A DNA stretch of 64,000 bases from an uncultured Nostoc sp. (GCF_964245575.1 NZ_CAXTNP010000005.1:899-64898), one strand, 5' to 3'. Numbered from the stretch's first letter, positions 38,026 through 47,792 are shown. A program made the numbers and translations. Notes: generated from the letters alone by a model not told the origin.

Positions 38026-38781
38026 TTAATTCTTATTGCGGCGATCGACTTTGATTTTCGCTGGATCAACTCTAATCACTACATCTTCTAAAGGCAGGGT
38101 ACGGAGATAGTCTTTAAAAATATTAACTTGATAAACCAGGTTATTTGTGACATCTAGTCCAGTCAACCAGCCACTCCGGGGATGATAAGCGCCAGTATCT
38201 ATGTCTAGCCATCCCTGCCCTTGTGCCAGTTTACCAGGAGAAACACCCGGCAGAGTAAAGGTAATGGTGTGACCGATGATAATGAGCTTATCTGGAAAGT
38301 AGGGTTTTTCAATGCTGTGAAATTCTTCTCGTATCCAGCACAGTTCATCGGTAGTTTGTTCTGTCACCGACTTGCAAGGATCAACACCAGCATGAGTTAA
38401 CCAAATATCCCCCAAGTCGAGATATGTAGGCAAACTCTTGAACCAATCCAGATGGTCATCAGGAATAGAAGCTTCGTGGTAACTGGCTACAGTAGCTTGC
38501 CCCCCACTGTACAGCCATGCTTGCATCGTCGGGGAGGAAGTTCTTTCATTGGTCAGAATGTTTAATAACATCTGCTCATGATTTCCCAGCAAACATGGGT
38601 AGTTATGTCGCTTGACAAAATTTACTACTTGTGAGCTATGAGGCCCACGATCAATTAAGTCTCCCAGAAAATAGATTTGATCGTCTGACGTGGGGGCGAT
38701 TGCCTCCAACAATGTCATCAAACCTTCATAGTGGCCATGCACATCCCCAATTACAATTCGTCTGGGGCTAGTTTCGCTCAT
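38026..38781 (-). CDS. Metallophosphoesterase (PPP-family Ser/Thr phosphatase or ApaH-like)
   Basis: 251 aa. Motifs GDVHGH, GDLIDRGP and GNHE. Confidence 0.85.
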   Translation of the reverse strand: MSETSPRRIVIGDVHGHYEGLMTLLEAIAPTSDDQIYFLGDLIDRGPHSSQVVNFVKRHNYPCLLGNHEQMLLNILTNERTSSPTMQAWLYSGGQATVASYHEASIPDDHLDWFKSLPTYLDLGDIWLTHAGVDPCKSVTEQTTDELCWIREEFHSIEKPYFPDKLIIIGHTITFTLPGVSPGKLAQGQGWLDIDTGAYHPRSGWLTGLDVTNNLVYQVNIFKDYLRTLPLEDVVIRVDPAKIKVDRRNKN

Positions 38782-38886
38782 TGTCTCTTGGCTTCAATAG
38801 TTTGGCTAATACTTCTGCTACAGTTTAAGCTGTTTGGTTTCCATAATAGAAGGTAAAAATACTGAATAAGTTTTATTTAAATTTAA

Positions 38887-38904
38887 TTATTTACGTGTAA
38901 ATAA
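38887..38904. promoter_or_regulatory. Perfect 8-2-8 palindrome TTATTTAC-GT-GTAAATAA in a divergent promoter region
   Basis: Read directly from the sequence. Lies between the phosphoesterase start (38781) and the DUF2470 start (39033). Confidence 0.3.
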
Positions 38905-39032
38905 TATTAATTTATGATAAACCGGGTAAAATGCAAAATTTTGAGTGCTAAGAAAGAAAATCAGTAAATTTCATTCGCGTTATTAGCTTAAAATTTAAGC
39001 TGTTGCTGTATTGCTCACTTTCTATCTCAACA

Positions 39033-39317
39033 ATGTCTAAGGATTTTTCTGCTGATATTAGTTCGCGCATCTGCAAGCACATGAATGATGATCATGCTGA
39101 TGCCATAGTTGTGTATGCTAAGGCTTTTGGCGGTATAAGAAATGCGATCGCAGCACAAATGCTGTCAATTGATGCACAAGGTATGGATTTGACAGCGCAA
39201 GTGAATGGGGAAGCTGTGCCAGTTCGCATTGAGTTTGATCATGTTTTAGCAGATGCGGAAGATGCCCATCAAACTTTAATTGCGATGGTGAAGCAGGCGC
39301 GGGTGAAGGCAAAGTAG
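39033..39317 (+). CDS. DUF2470-domain protein (heme-utilisation HugZ C-terminal-like)
   Basis: The track ORF starts at a TTG (39003). The ATG at 39033 gives MSKDFSADISSRICKHMNDDHADAIVVYAK, typical of DUF2470. Confidence 0.7.
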   Translation: MSKDFSADISSRICKHMNDDHADAIVVYAKAFGGIRNAIAAQMLSIDAQGMDLTAQVNGEAVPVRIEFDHVLADAEDAHQTLIAMVKQARVKAK

Positions 39318-39378
39318 AAATTGGGCTAATTGTATGACTAATGCTTGGGTGTCTTTAGACATGCCGTTTCGCTTTATC

Positions 39379-42300
39379 TTAGCTGTTAAGGATATTGGCT
39401 ACTGTGGCATAAGCCTTGGTTTGGATAATTTCAAACTTCCAGTCTGAAGAATAATCAGGCAACTCATAGCCAACACTCTTAACATGAGCCAACATCAACT
39501 CATCTCGTTGATGCCAAACTGCAAATATTCTCTCTCTGCCATCATAAAGCGTTTCTAGGTCGATTTGATAAACCTCATTTATCCGCTTTAGTTTCAAGCC
39601 TAACAAATTTAACAGTCGGCTGAGTATTTTTATTGCCGAAATCTGCTCTTTCTCGCCGACTAAGTTAATACTAAGCGCTCTCTTAATATGCTTACTATGC
39701 TGAAAAACAACATTTTTCAGCAATATTAAATCTGGATTACTCTCGGTAAATTCTCGTTCTGCTTCGAGAAACTGAAGTATTCTCAAAGCTCTCATAGCCT
39801 CAACTTTGAGCGTGTAAGTTTTTAAATCTGGCAGAAAAACTTTCCCTTCACCCCAAGACAATTGCTGATGCCATTCTTGCTGATCTCTGACGTGAAAATA
39901 CTCGCTTTCGTGAGTTAGATAATAATGAATTAACAGTTGACGATAATATCCGTGGTCATCCTGCAATTTCAGGCAAGGAGTAACTTCTACACCATACCTT
40001 TGCCTAAGGACATATTTATTGATTTGGTTGCGTTCTCCATCAGTCAGAGAATGCTTCATTAATAACTGCTCATATTCTACATAATCGATATCTTTAGCAT
40101 TAGCTACAGCAGTTGCTACAGATAGTTGATTTTGCTGCTTAATATCTTTAATTTTGCGTTTAATATCTTTAGCTTTTTGACGGCTTTGCGTCCAATCTTT
40201 TTGAACTTTGACAATTTCTAAAATTAATCTTCTGCGGGTAGCTAAATCATCAGCGTCAGTTGCCAAAAACGCCAGGCGTAAATCTCGAATAATATTATTG
40301 TGAACAGCATTACTCCGCATCTGAATTTGATGTCCATCAGCAATCAAACCATCTTGCATTGATTGACGGTAGAGGCGGATAGAGGCATTTACCCGTGCAG
40401 ATAACTTGGCCCAAGTTCGCAAATGAATCGGATCATAAACTAAAGGTAAATCCACATCTATTTTATGTAGTGGACTAAGCAAAGCTAAGTTTTCTTTTTG
40501 ATTTTCTTGATACCAATCAGATAGCAAGCGATAATTTGTACTACCACTACCAATTAAGCCAATACCTCGTTTAGCGCACCAGACGACACGCGGCACATCA
40601 TCCCGCACTCTTGCTAATGCTTGTCTTGCTTCTGAGTCAGGAATTACCCCTTGAAAAATGCCATAAACTCGGTCGAAATGTTGGACATCAATACTAATTC
40701 CTGTACCAAGGCTTGGGGTAACAAAAACGCCGTCATATTCAGAGATTTTTTGGTTGATAGCTGCGATAAAATCAACCGCTGCGTGGCCGGGTGTGTTTGT
40801 AGTGTGGCTACTAACCACCAAAGTTTTAGGAAATTGCCTTCGTAATTTTTGTAACCGCTCTTTCAGATAACGCTCAATTGTTTCACAACTGTAACGCCCA
40901 GCGCGACTATCGGTAGTAACATAACATTTACGTCCAGCAAGTAAATCTAATTCCAGTTGGTGAATTAGCGGTGTTGGATTCGGCGAATCATAAAAAGTTA
41001 CGTCCCAACCATGCTGAGGTTTCCACTGGTTAAGAACTACCCAAGGTGTTAATTTAATTCCTGCCAATCCCTGTAAATATTCAAGTGACACATCTGATAA
41101 ATCGGCATCTTGGGCAATTACTAATCCCCCAGTTGTTAAAACTGTAGAAATTAGTCGCTGGAATAATTTTAATATTTTTACACGCTTGTGTTTACAAGTA
41201 TTACTGTTTAATAGATGCCACAAAGATTGCTCCACCTCATCCAGAATTACTATTGCTCCCCGCCAATTTTCCAGGTTAAGTTTCCAAATAGAATCAACGC
41301 ACAATCCAAGAGAGTGCTGAGGAGAGAGAGAGCGAAGAATGGGAGGAGCGGGGGTAAGTGTTTTATCAATCCTTTTATCCGCATCTTCTTTATGTGTTCC
41401 CCATTGAATACCAATTTTATCACACAAAAATCTTCCTAGTAGGATTCTGTGAGTAATTAACAAAACGGGTTGATTTCTAATTTTTGCTTGCTGAACAACG
41501 GCTTGCAGTGCTGTAGTTTTACCTGTTCCTTTTGCTGATTTGACTCCTACTAATCCAGAGGTGGGGAAAGGTATTTCACTTATATAAGGGCGATTGAAGG
41601 TGAGTGCAGCAGGAATGCTTAACTCGGTGTGGGGTTTGGTTTGAGCAAGATAAATTTCTAAATCAACACTTTGACGATAAACTTTCTCGAAACTACTTGC
41701 ACCTTTAGCAACGATAAACTCATCAACTCCTTTTTCTATTCCTGGAAGTTCAATGACTTTAACAGTGCAATTTTTTTGCTGGAATAAACAACCAAGCTGG
41801 GAAATGGCATTATTTACAGCAGCAATTGTTTTAGGTTGAGTTTCAAAATCAAAGCAAATATAAAAGCTACGCTTTGTAATTGCAAACGCTGCTAAATCAG
41901 GAATTAGCTGACGACGGGTAACTTTGCCAAATTCATCTTTAACAACCCGATAACCACTGGTAATTCCGGGAATGGCAATAGCTGCATATCCTTGCGTCAA
42001 AAGCGTTGCTGCTTTCTTCACACCCTCGCAAAGAATGAGCGGAATGTTCTGTTGCATCACCCATTGCCAAAAGCCTTCAGCTTCACCATCAGCAGTAATG
42101 GTGATATTGTCAGGCATAACCAGATTGTAACGTCCAGCGACTTGCTGCCATACTTGCAGCGTTACGCGCAAACAAAATATCCGCGTTGGTGTGCTAGGGG
42201 GATGCTCGTATTTGATGGATTTACCATTGTGATTCTGTCGGGGCTGGTTTGGCTTAAAGCATCCCCATTCCATCATTTGCCAATTATTCAAAGGGTCTAG

Positions 42301-42537
42301 CCCCGAACACCACCAACCACCTTCAGTGATATGAGCATAACGCTGCAACCATCCACTTTTCACCATTCCGGTATTGGTGCGAGGGAGTAGCTCAGAAATC
42401 AATAGGTACTCATAAGCTGTTACGCCTTGGAGCGACTTAAAATTGAGTTGCGCTAAGTGTAAGTCTATACCACTACTCTTGACTAATTCTTCAAGGTGTT
42501 GGGGGTGTAAGTAGTGCAGATGCATAGGGAAAGGCAC
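39379..42537 (-). CDS. Toprim-like (DUF3854) + P-loop helicase-like replication protein, CyRepA-type
   Basis: 1052 aa. The N-terminal region has ILCEGVKKA (Toprim-like Glu) and ICFDFE. Walker A is GVKSAKGTGKTT (residues 331-342, nt 41512-41547). Walker B is IVILDEVEQ (residues 429-437). The C-terminal ~450 aa is helical. Confidence 0.65.
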   Translation of the reverse strand: MPFPMHLHYLHPQHLEELVKSSGIDLHLAQLNFKSLQGVTAYEYLLISELLPRTNTGMVKSGWLQRYAHITEGGWWCSGLDPLNNWQMMEWGCFKPNQPRQNHNGKSIKYEHPPSTPTRIFCLRVTLQVWQQVAGRYNLVMPDNITITADGEAEGFWQWVMQQNIPLILCEGVKKAATLLTQGYAAIAIPGITSGYRVVKDEFGKVTRRQLIPDLAAFAITKRSFYICFDFETQPKTIAAVNNAISQLGCLFQQKNCTVKVIELPGIEKGVDEFIVAKGASSFEKVYRQSVDLEIYLAQTKPHTELSIPAALTFNRPYISEIPFPTSGLVGVKSAKGTGKTTALQAVVQQAKIRNQPVLLITHRILLGRFLCDKIGIQWGTHKEDADKRIDKTLTPAPPILRSLSPQHSLGLCVDSIWKLNLENWRGAIVILDEVEQSLWHLLNSNTCKHKRVKILKLFQRLISTVLTTGGLVIAQDADLSDVSLEYLQGLAGIKLTPWVVLNQWKPQHGWDVTFYDSPNPTPLIHQLELDLLAGRKCYVTTDSRAGRYSCETIERYLKERLQKLRRQFPKTLVVSSHTTNTPGHAAVDFIAAINQKISEYDGVFVTPSLGTGISIDVQHFDRVYGIFQGVIPDSEARQALARVRDDVPRVVWCAKRGIGLIGSGSTNYRLLSDWYQENQKENLALLSPLHKIDVDLPLVYDPIHLRTWAKLSARVNASIRLYRQSMQDGLIADGHQIQMRSNAVHNNIIRDLRLAFLATDADDLATRRRLILEIVKVQKDWTQSRQKAKDIKRKIKDIKQQNQLSVATAVANAKDIDYVEYEQLLMKHSLTDGERNQINKYVLRQRYGVEVTPCLKLQDDHGYYRQLLIHYYLTHESEYFHVRDQQEWHQQLSWGEGKVFLPDLKTYTLKVEAMRALRILQFLEAEREFTESNPDLILLKNVVFQHSKHIKRALSINLVGEKEQISAIKILSRLLNLLGLKLKRINEVYQIDLETLYDGRERIFAVWHQRDELMLAHVKSVGYELPDYSSDWKFEIIQTKAYATVANILNS

Positions 42538-42925
42538 GAAGGGAAGACAATGAGATTAAAACATTAACATGCATCTGCTTTTTTTCTCTAAGAGAGATTG
42601 CGATGCTTTTATGATGCTTTTTTTACTTCGTTATAGGAGATACATCGGTTCGGATATTAGTAGGTTATTCTGCCTATTAGATCCCCGAAGTAATAATTTT
42701 GTATTGTGATATTTGTTCGCTATTAATTTTTATTTATCAGTAAATTTTTCTGTTAAGCAATGCGATCGCTTGAGGGGTTACCGCAGCGATCGCTATGGGG
42801 TGACATTTTGCAAGACAAGCGTTGTCAGGATTCATAGATGCACAGTAGGTTGTCGTCAGATATTACTTTTGGGATAAAAGCCTATTATTCTGGCTAGAAG
42901 CGATGAGTTACACTATTAAGCAAAG

Positions 42926-43222
42926 ATGGTGTCTGTAAACATGGATTCTCTCAAAGAAAATATTTTAGAGAAACTAGAACACCTTCGAGAAAATGCACAG
43001 CAGGAAGTTCTAGATTTCTTACAGTTTCTAGAGTGGCGAAAACAGAATCGTCAGGAATCTCAGTTATCTGTAGTCAGTGAAGAATCGGATGCAGCATGGC
43101 TAGAGACTGACTTATCAAATTTGGGTAGCTATGAACCTTATGATTGGCAAACCGGTGAACTAGATAAGGGTTTGCCTATTAAGTATGTTTCTGGGATGGG
43201 AGTAGTAATTGTTGAAGAATGA
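42926..43222 (+). CDS. DUF2281-like antitoxin
   Basis: 98 aa (93 aa from MDSLKENI at 42941). LEHLRENAQQEVLDFLQFL motif. Its stop overlaps the ATG of the toxin remnant in an ATGA. Confidence 0.55.
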   Translation: MVSVNMDSLKENILEKLEHLRENAQQEVLDFLQFLEWRKQNRQESQLSVVSEESDAAWLETDLSNLGSYEPYDWQTGELDKGLPIKYVSGMGVVIVEE

Positions 43223-43365
43223 CAACTCGTTCTTTACAGTTTGGGGACGTTGTAACAGCACGTTTTCCTCAACAAAACCCCCAAGGTCGTGAGCAAGAAG
43301 GTTATAGACCTGCAAATGTTATTAGTATAATCACTTTAAACTGCCCTGTATATATCATATATTAA
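43219..43365 (+). pseudogene. Truncated PemK/MazF-family toxin (48 codons instead of ~110)
   Basis: MTTRSLQFGDVVTARFPQQNPQGREQEGYRPANVIS fits the MazF N-terminal pattern GDvv.v.FP....G.E..G.RPa.Vis. Similarity then ends, and a stop follows 12 codons later. Confidence 0.5.
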
Positions 43366-43447
43366 TAAATTTTAACCCGTATAATTTCCGAGGCTACCCA
43401 ATAAGTCTAAAACAGAAAATGTAGATGTGTATTTAGAGGGTGTAGCC

Positions 43448-44512
43448 ATGTCAGAAAGTTCAGCTTTTGCTCGTGTGTTTAACTTAGGAGTAGACCTTCT
43501 TCAGAAAGGAGATAAGCAAGGAGCAATTATGGCTTGGAACGAAGCATTAAGTCTGAATCATAATAATTCCCATGCTTACTATTATAGAGGTGTCACCAAA
43601 GCTGAGATAGGAGATTACAACGGTGCAGTTGAAGACTTGAACCAGGCACTCCGTATCACTCCCCAATATTTAAATGCTAAACGTAAATTAGAAAAAATAT
43701 ATCAAGATTTATCACCAGATGTCTTTACACCTCAAGCAAATGACCATCTTACACGCTATCGACGTGGAATATTTAGATTACAATTTCAAGAGTATGAAGA
43801 AGCAATCAAAGAATTCAATCAATCATTACACATTAGTCATGATTTTGCACCAGCATACTACAATCGAGGAAAGAGCTTTCATAAATTGAAAAAAAATGAT
43901 GAAGCTGCTAAAGACTTTCAAATAGCTGCCAAATTATTTTGTGAAAATGGTCAATCAGAAAAACTAGCTGTTTGGAATCCATTTGAGTTAGGTGAGTCTA
44001 AGAGAGAGGAAGCAATTTCTTATCTTATTACATATTTATCAAGAACAAGTTCCTATGATGACAAAAGATTAGCCGCATCAGCTATACGCAAACTTGCTAT
44101 AAACTTCAAAACTGTTCCTGATTTAGCTATTAATCTTTTATTAGATAACTTAACTCATCCTGCTCCACAGGTTAGACAGTATGTTTTAAAGGCTCTTACA
44201 GTTATCAACTTACCTAGTTATGTAATTCCAAATATTGAAGAAATAGCTAAGAATGATCCCAAAGTATATAATAGAAAGATAGCAGAAGATATGTTACAAA
44301 AATTAAAACCTGTTTCTCATAAAAGATTCCAAAATCACAATAAATATGAACCAGATCATATACATTCTGTAAAGGAAGCAGATGTGGATTCGGAAGAATT
44401 TAGTCATTCTTGGAATCAAGAATATTTTTATGAACAGGCACATGACACATCTATGGATTATGGTTATTTGGATGACCTAAGTAATCCAGAGGATTATCTT
44501 TACAATTATTAA
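43448..44512 (+). CDS. TPR + HEAT-repeat protein
   Basis: The track starts at GTG 43427; the ATG at 43448 gives MSESSAF. Has three or more TPR units (AIMAWNEALSLNHNNSHAYYYRGV...), then HEAT/PBS-lyase-like repeats (DKRLAASAIRKLA, APQVRQYVLKAL), then an acidic Tyr-rich tail. Confidence 0.65.
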   Translation: MSESSAFARVFNLGVDLLQKGDKQGAIMAWNEALSLNHNNSHAYYYRGVTKAEIGDYNGAVEDLNQALRITPQYLNAKRKLEKIYQDLSPDVFTPQANDHLTRYRRGIFRLQFQEYEEAIKEFNQSLHISHDFAPAYYNRGKSFHKLKKNDEAAKDFQIAAKLFCENGQSEKLAVWNPFELGESKREEAISYLITYLSRTSSYDDKRLAASAIRKLAINFKTVPDLAINLLLDNLTHPAPQVRQYVLKALTVINLPSYVIPNIEEIAKNDPKVYNRKIAEDMLQKLKPVSHKRFQNHNKYEPDHIHSVKEADVDSEEFSHSWNQEYFYEQAHDTSMDYGYLDDLSNPEDYLYNY

Positions 44513-44627
44513 TCTTTGATAAGAGTGAGGACGTTATTTTTAAGTAACGCCTCTGTATCAAAAGCGTTGATTTTTTTGAAACCGCGATCGCAGAGAAAAG
44601 TCAGCCATGAGTTTGATTTTTTCTCCT

Positions 44628-44879
44628 TTAAACTGTCTGTCTTGTATCATTTTCAATACTTCCCCAGGTTTCAGGTAGAGGGTTAACCCAGGAAATAGGC
44701 ACGGTAACTACATCTAGAGTTTCACCGTCTTTAAAGATTTCTAAAATATATCCTGGCTCTTGCTGAGTTTTAATAGGACGCAGATGATCCAACACAACTC
44801 CTCTATCGCCAGCTTTTACAGGGCTGTTAGGAACATGCTGCTTCAGTTCTACCCACTGAAATAAACTAGCTGTTGTCAT
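44628..44879 (-). CDS. DUF4926-like small protein
   Basis: 83 aa. VKAGDRGVVLD...YILEIFKDGETLDVVTVP fits the SH3-like pattern of that family, as I recall it. Confidence 0.5.
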   Translation of the reverse strand: MTTASLFQWVELKQHVPNSPVKAGDRGVVLDHLRPIKTQQEPGYILEIFKDGETLDVVTVPISWVNPLPETWGSIENDTRQTV

Positions 44880-45054
44880 CGTTTAATTCTCCCGTGATTT
44901 ATCAGGATATAGTGTTATAAATAGTTGCGATTGTTCCCAAGCTAAACAAAGGCTTTCTTCCACTTGCTATTTGGACATATAATGAGATTCTGAACATCTT
45001 AGTTAAATACTCATTTTATAATGTTCTTTTTATCATTTATAACTGGTGATTAAA

Positions 45055-45312
45055 ATGGCTAAAACATTAACAATACAGTTGTCAGACGACTTAGAAAGTA
45101 AATTAACTGCTCAGGCGCAAAAACTGAATCTATCTTTAGAAGATTTAATTCTGCAATCGTTATCTCAATCAGCTAAACAGGAAAATATCTCCGAATTCGA
45201 TCCAATTTTACCTTTACTAGGTACATTGAAATTTGATAATTCTGATATAGGAGAAAACCACGATCAATATCTCCAGCAAAGTTTGCAGCAGGAATTAAAG
45301 ATTGGCGAATAA
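45055..45312 (+). CDS. Ribbon-helix-helix antitoxin (VapB-like)
   Basis: MAKTLTIQLSDDLESKLTAQAQKLNLSLEDLI is an RHH-like N-terminus. The gene overlaps the PIN gene by 11 nt. Confidence 0.6.
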   Translation: MAKTLTIQLSDDLESKLTAQAQKLNLSLEDLILQSLSQSAKQENISEFDPILPLLGTLKFDNSDIGENHDQYLQQSLQQELKIGE

Positions 45313-45727
45313 AGTCTTTATAGATACATCGGGATGGGCTAATTTATTTATTGCAACTGAGTCCTACCATGAACAAGCAAAGCAGTGGTTTCAACATAAG
45401 CGTCAGCAAAATCAAGCAATGGTAACAACTAATTATGTTGTTATTGAACTGGTGGCTTTGCTGAATAGCCCTTTACGCGTACCTCGTCCGCAGTTATTTA
45501 AATATATAGAAGCTGTCAGAACTGCTCCTTATATCAACTTGATTTATATTGAACCAGCAATAGATTCAGTAGCTTGGGAACTACTCAAAACTAGAGAAGA
45601 TAAAGCTTGGTCTTTGGTGGATAGCACTTCTTTTATAGTCATGCAACAGCTTGGCATTAAAGAGGCATTAACCACAGATCACCACTTTGAACAAGCTGGC
45701 TTTATTCGTCTGCTGAAGTCACAATAA
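45302..45727 (+). CDS. PIN-domain toxin (VapC family)
   Basis: 141 aa with a TTG start. VFIDTSGW (first acidic residue), a later conserved ...VDSTSF... and TTDHHF are typical of PIN domains. Confidence 0.78.
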   Translation: MANKVFIDTSGWANLFIATESYHEQAKQWFQHKRQQNQAMVTTNYVVIELVALLNSPLRVPRPQLFKYIEAVRTAPYINLIYIEPAIDSVAWELLKTREDKAWSLVDSTSFIVMQQLGIKEALTTDHHFEQAGFIRLLKSQ

Positions 45728-45729
45728 GT

Positions 45730-45769
45730 AATAATAAAAGGCATTCATTAAGATATGCCCTTTATTATT
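45730..45769. terminator. Bidirectional stem-loop between the PIN gene and chlB
   Basis: AATAATAAAAGGCAT-(10 nt)-ATGCCCTTTATTATT gives a 15-bp stem with one mismatch. Confidence 0.55.
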
Positions 45770-45790
45770 AAAAATTGCTAACCCGTTAAC

Positions 45791-47317
45791 TTACGCCCCG
45801 ACAGCTTCCTTGGCAGCATACAACACCTCAGCGTTGATTTCCTTGAAACCGCGATCGCGGGCAAATTTCTCGGTATTACGCTTCACTTTCCCGCGCACAA
45901 ATCCCGGAATCTTATTCAATTCTGCTTGACCATCTTTTGTCCAATTCAAATCAGAATCAGCAGAAATTCCCCTAGTAATAACTTCTTTGGTATCATGACC
46001 ACCGAAGATTTCTAACAGGTGATCTTCCATTCCCAAAGTGAAGGAATTGTAGATCAAATCTGTAATCTGATTCGTGCCTTCGTAACCCATAAATGGTTTG
46101 TAACCAATAGGGAAGTTTTGGACGTGGATTGGTGCAGCAATTACGCCACAGGGAATATCCAAGCGTTTACCAACGTGGCGTTCCATTTGGGTGCCGAAAA
46201 TGGCAGAGGGTTCGACACGAGCGATCGCATCCCCAATTGCACCATGATCTTCAGAAATTAGCACTTCATCGCAATACTCGCTAACTTGTTCGCGGAACCA
46301 ATCTGCATCATATTTACAGTAGGTTCCAGCCCAAACAACATGAATCCCCATTTCTCGCGCCAGAATCTTGGTAATAGCAGCAGCGTGGGTGTTGTCACCA
46401 AAGACTACAGCTTTTTTGCCAGTCAAGTTTTGACAGTCAATCGAACGAGAGAACCAAGCAGCCTGAGATACATACAGGGTTTGCTCATTGATGAAGTCTT
46501 CATAGTCAACTTCTGCGCCTTGAGCGTTGATTACCTGCTGAATCTTGCGAATACAACGGGCAGTTTCCACTACACCCATTGGAGTAATGTCTATATAAGG
46601 TGTGCCAAATTGTTCTTCCAGGTAACGGGCTGTGGTCAAACCGAGTTCACGGTAAGGCACTAAGTTAAACCAAGCTTTGGGCATCTTCTTCAAGTCGTTC
46701 ACCGAAGCACCTTCGGGAATTAAGGTATTTACCTCAATTCCCAAGTCAGCCATCAGCCGCTTGAGTTCGGTGCAGTCGTGATTGTTGTGGAAACCAAGGG
46801 TGGTAGTACCGATAATGTTAACCGAGGGCTTTGCTGTTTTGCCCTCTGCCAATTCGCCCCGTTTCCGGGCTTTTTCAATGTAGTATTGGACAATTTGATC
46901 CAAAGTGCGATCGGCTGCTTGCAGTTCGTTGTAGCGGTAGTGGTTCACATCCGCCAGCATTACGTCTCCTTTAGCTTCCAACTGCGATCGTTCGACAAAG
47001 TTGTGTAAATCCTCTTGCAAAATGCTGGAGGTGCAGGTGGGAGTTAACACAATCAAATCTGGGTGTTCCTCAGCATCCTTGCGGACGATGTTATCTACCA
47101 CCTTTTCTTGGGAGCCGCGTGCTAAAACGTTGCGGTCAACGACACTGGTTGTTACCGGAGTAAAATCTCTCTCCCGCGATAGCATGGAGCGCATGACGTT
47201 AAAGTAGTCATCGCCAATAGGGGCGTGCATGATCGCATGGACATTTTTAAAAGAGCTAGCGATTCGCAGAGTGCCGATGTGGGCTGGGCCTGCATACATC
47301 CAGTAAGCCAATTTCAT
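45791..47317 (-). CDS. chlB: Light-independent protochlorophyllide reductase subunit B
   Basis: The track extends to 47350. [23 protein letters not shown] is the canonical ChlB N-terminus. Confidence 0.95.
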   Translation of the reverse strand: MKLAYWMYAGPAHIGTLRIASSFKNVHAIMHAPIGDDYFNVMRSMLSRERDFTPVTTSVVDRNVLARGSQEKVVDNIVRKDAEEHPDLIVLTPTCTSSILQEDLHNFVERSQLEAKGDVMLADVNHYRYNELQAADRTLDQIVQYYIEKARKRGELAEGKTAKPSVNIIGTTTLGFHNNHDCTELKRLMADLGIEVNTLIPEGASVNDLKKMPKAWFNLVPYRELGLTTARYLEEQFGTPYIDITPMGVVETARCIRKIQQVINAQGAEVDYEDFINEQTLYVSQAAWFSRSIDCQNLTGKKAVVFGDNTHAAAITKILAREMGIHVVWAGTYCKYDADWFREQVSEYCDEVLISEDHGAIGDAIARVEPSAIFGTQMERHVGKRLDIPCGVIAAPIHVQNFPIGYKPFMGYEGTNQITDLIYNSFTLGMEDHLLEIFGGHDTKEVITRGISADSDLNWTKDGQAELNKIPGFVRGKVKRNTEKFARDRGFKEINAEVLYAAKEAVGA

Positions 47318-47792
47318 GTTTGTGTTCTCCCTTTTCAACAGAAATAACACGGAGTCCGATAAAAGTGGACTATAAGTGCTTGATTATTATTAAATCGTTT
47401 CTGATTGTCTCAAAAGTTGTATACCTGATGAAGTGAAGACTTGTAAGGGTTTTAGCTGTGGTGTCTAGGCGTAGGCATCGCTCAAACCTTCTCCCTGATT
47501 GGAATCTAGCTTCTGAATTTAACAACATTACTGAAGATTTTTTAAAATAAATCTTAATTTTTCGGCAAATTTGTTTTTAATTTGGGGCGGTGTATTAACC
47601 ATCACCAATAAATTTAAAAAATTTATGTACAACTTCTCGAAAATTACAAACATCCTCTCAGAGGATGTTTGTAAAAAATCACCCTGTATCAATATCCCCT
47701 CTAACCCTCCTTAAACAAGGAAAAAAGGGGATAATAATACTAGCGCAATTTGTTCATTCGAGGGAGTAGAAATTAACTTAGAGAGGTGTTAA

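Larger units (their letters stand above)
39318..45790. mobile_element. Accessory island, possibly an integrated plasmid remnant (no integrase or att sites seen)
   Basis: Contents are a plasmid-type replicase, two toxin-antitoxin modules (one decayed), a DUF4926 gene and a TPR-HEAT gene, sandwiched between core genes. HIP1 occurs only in intergenic spacers within it. Confidence 0.45.

Noticed and set aside
42538-42925. An origin with iterons, an att site or a tRNA integration target next to the replicase gene.
   Set aside because: I saw only one short direct repeat (GATGCTTTT x2) and two HIP1 sites. There is no iteron array, tRNA-like sequence or match to the other island border (45728-45790).
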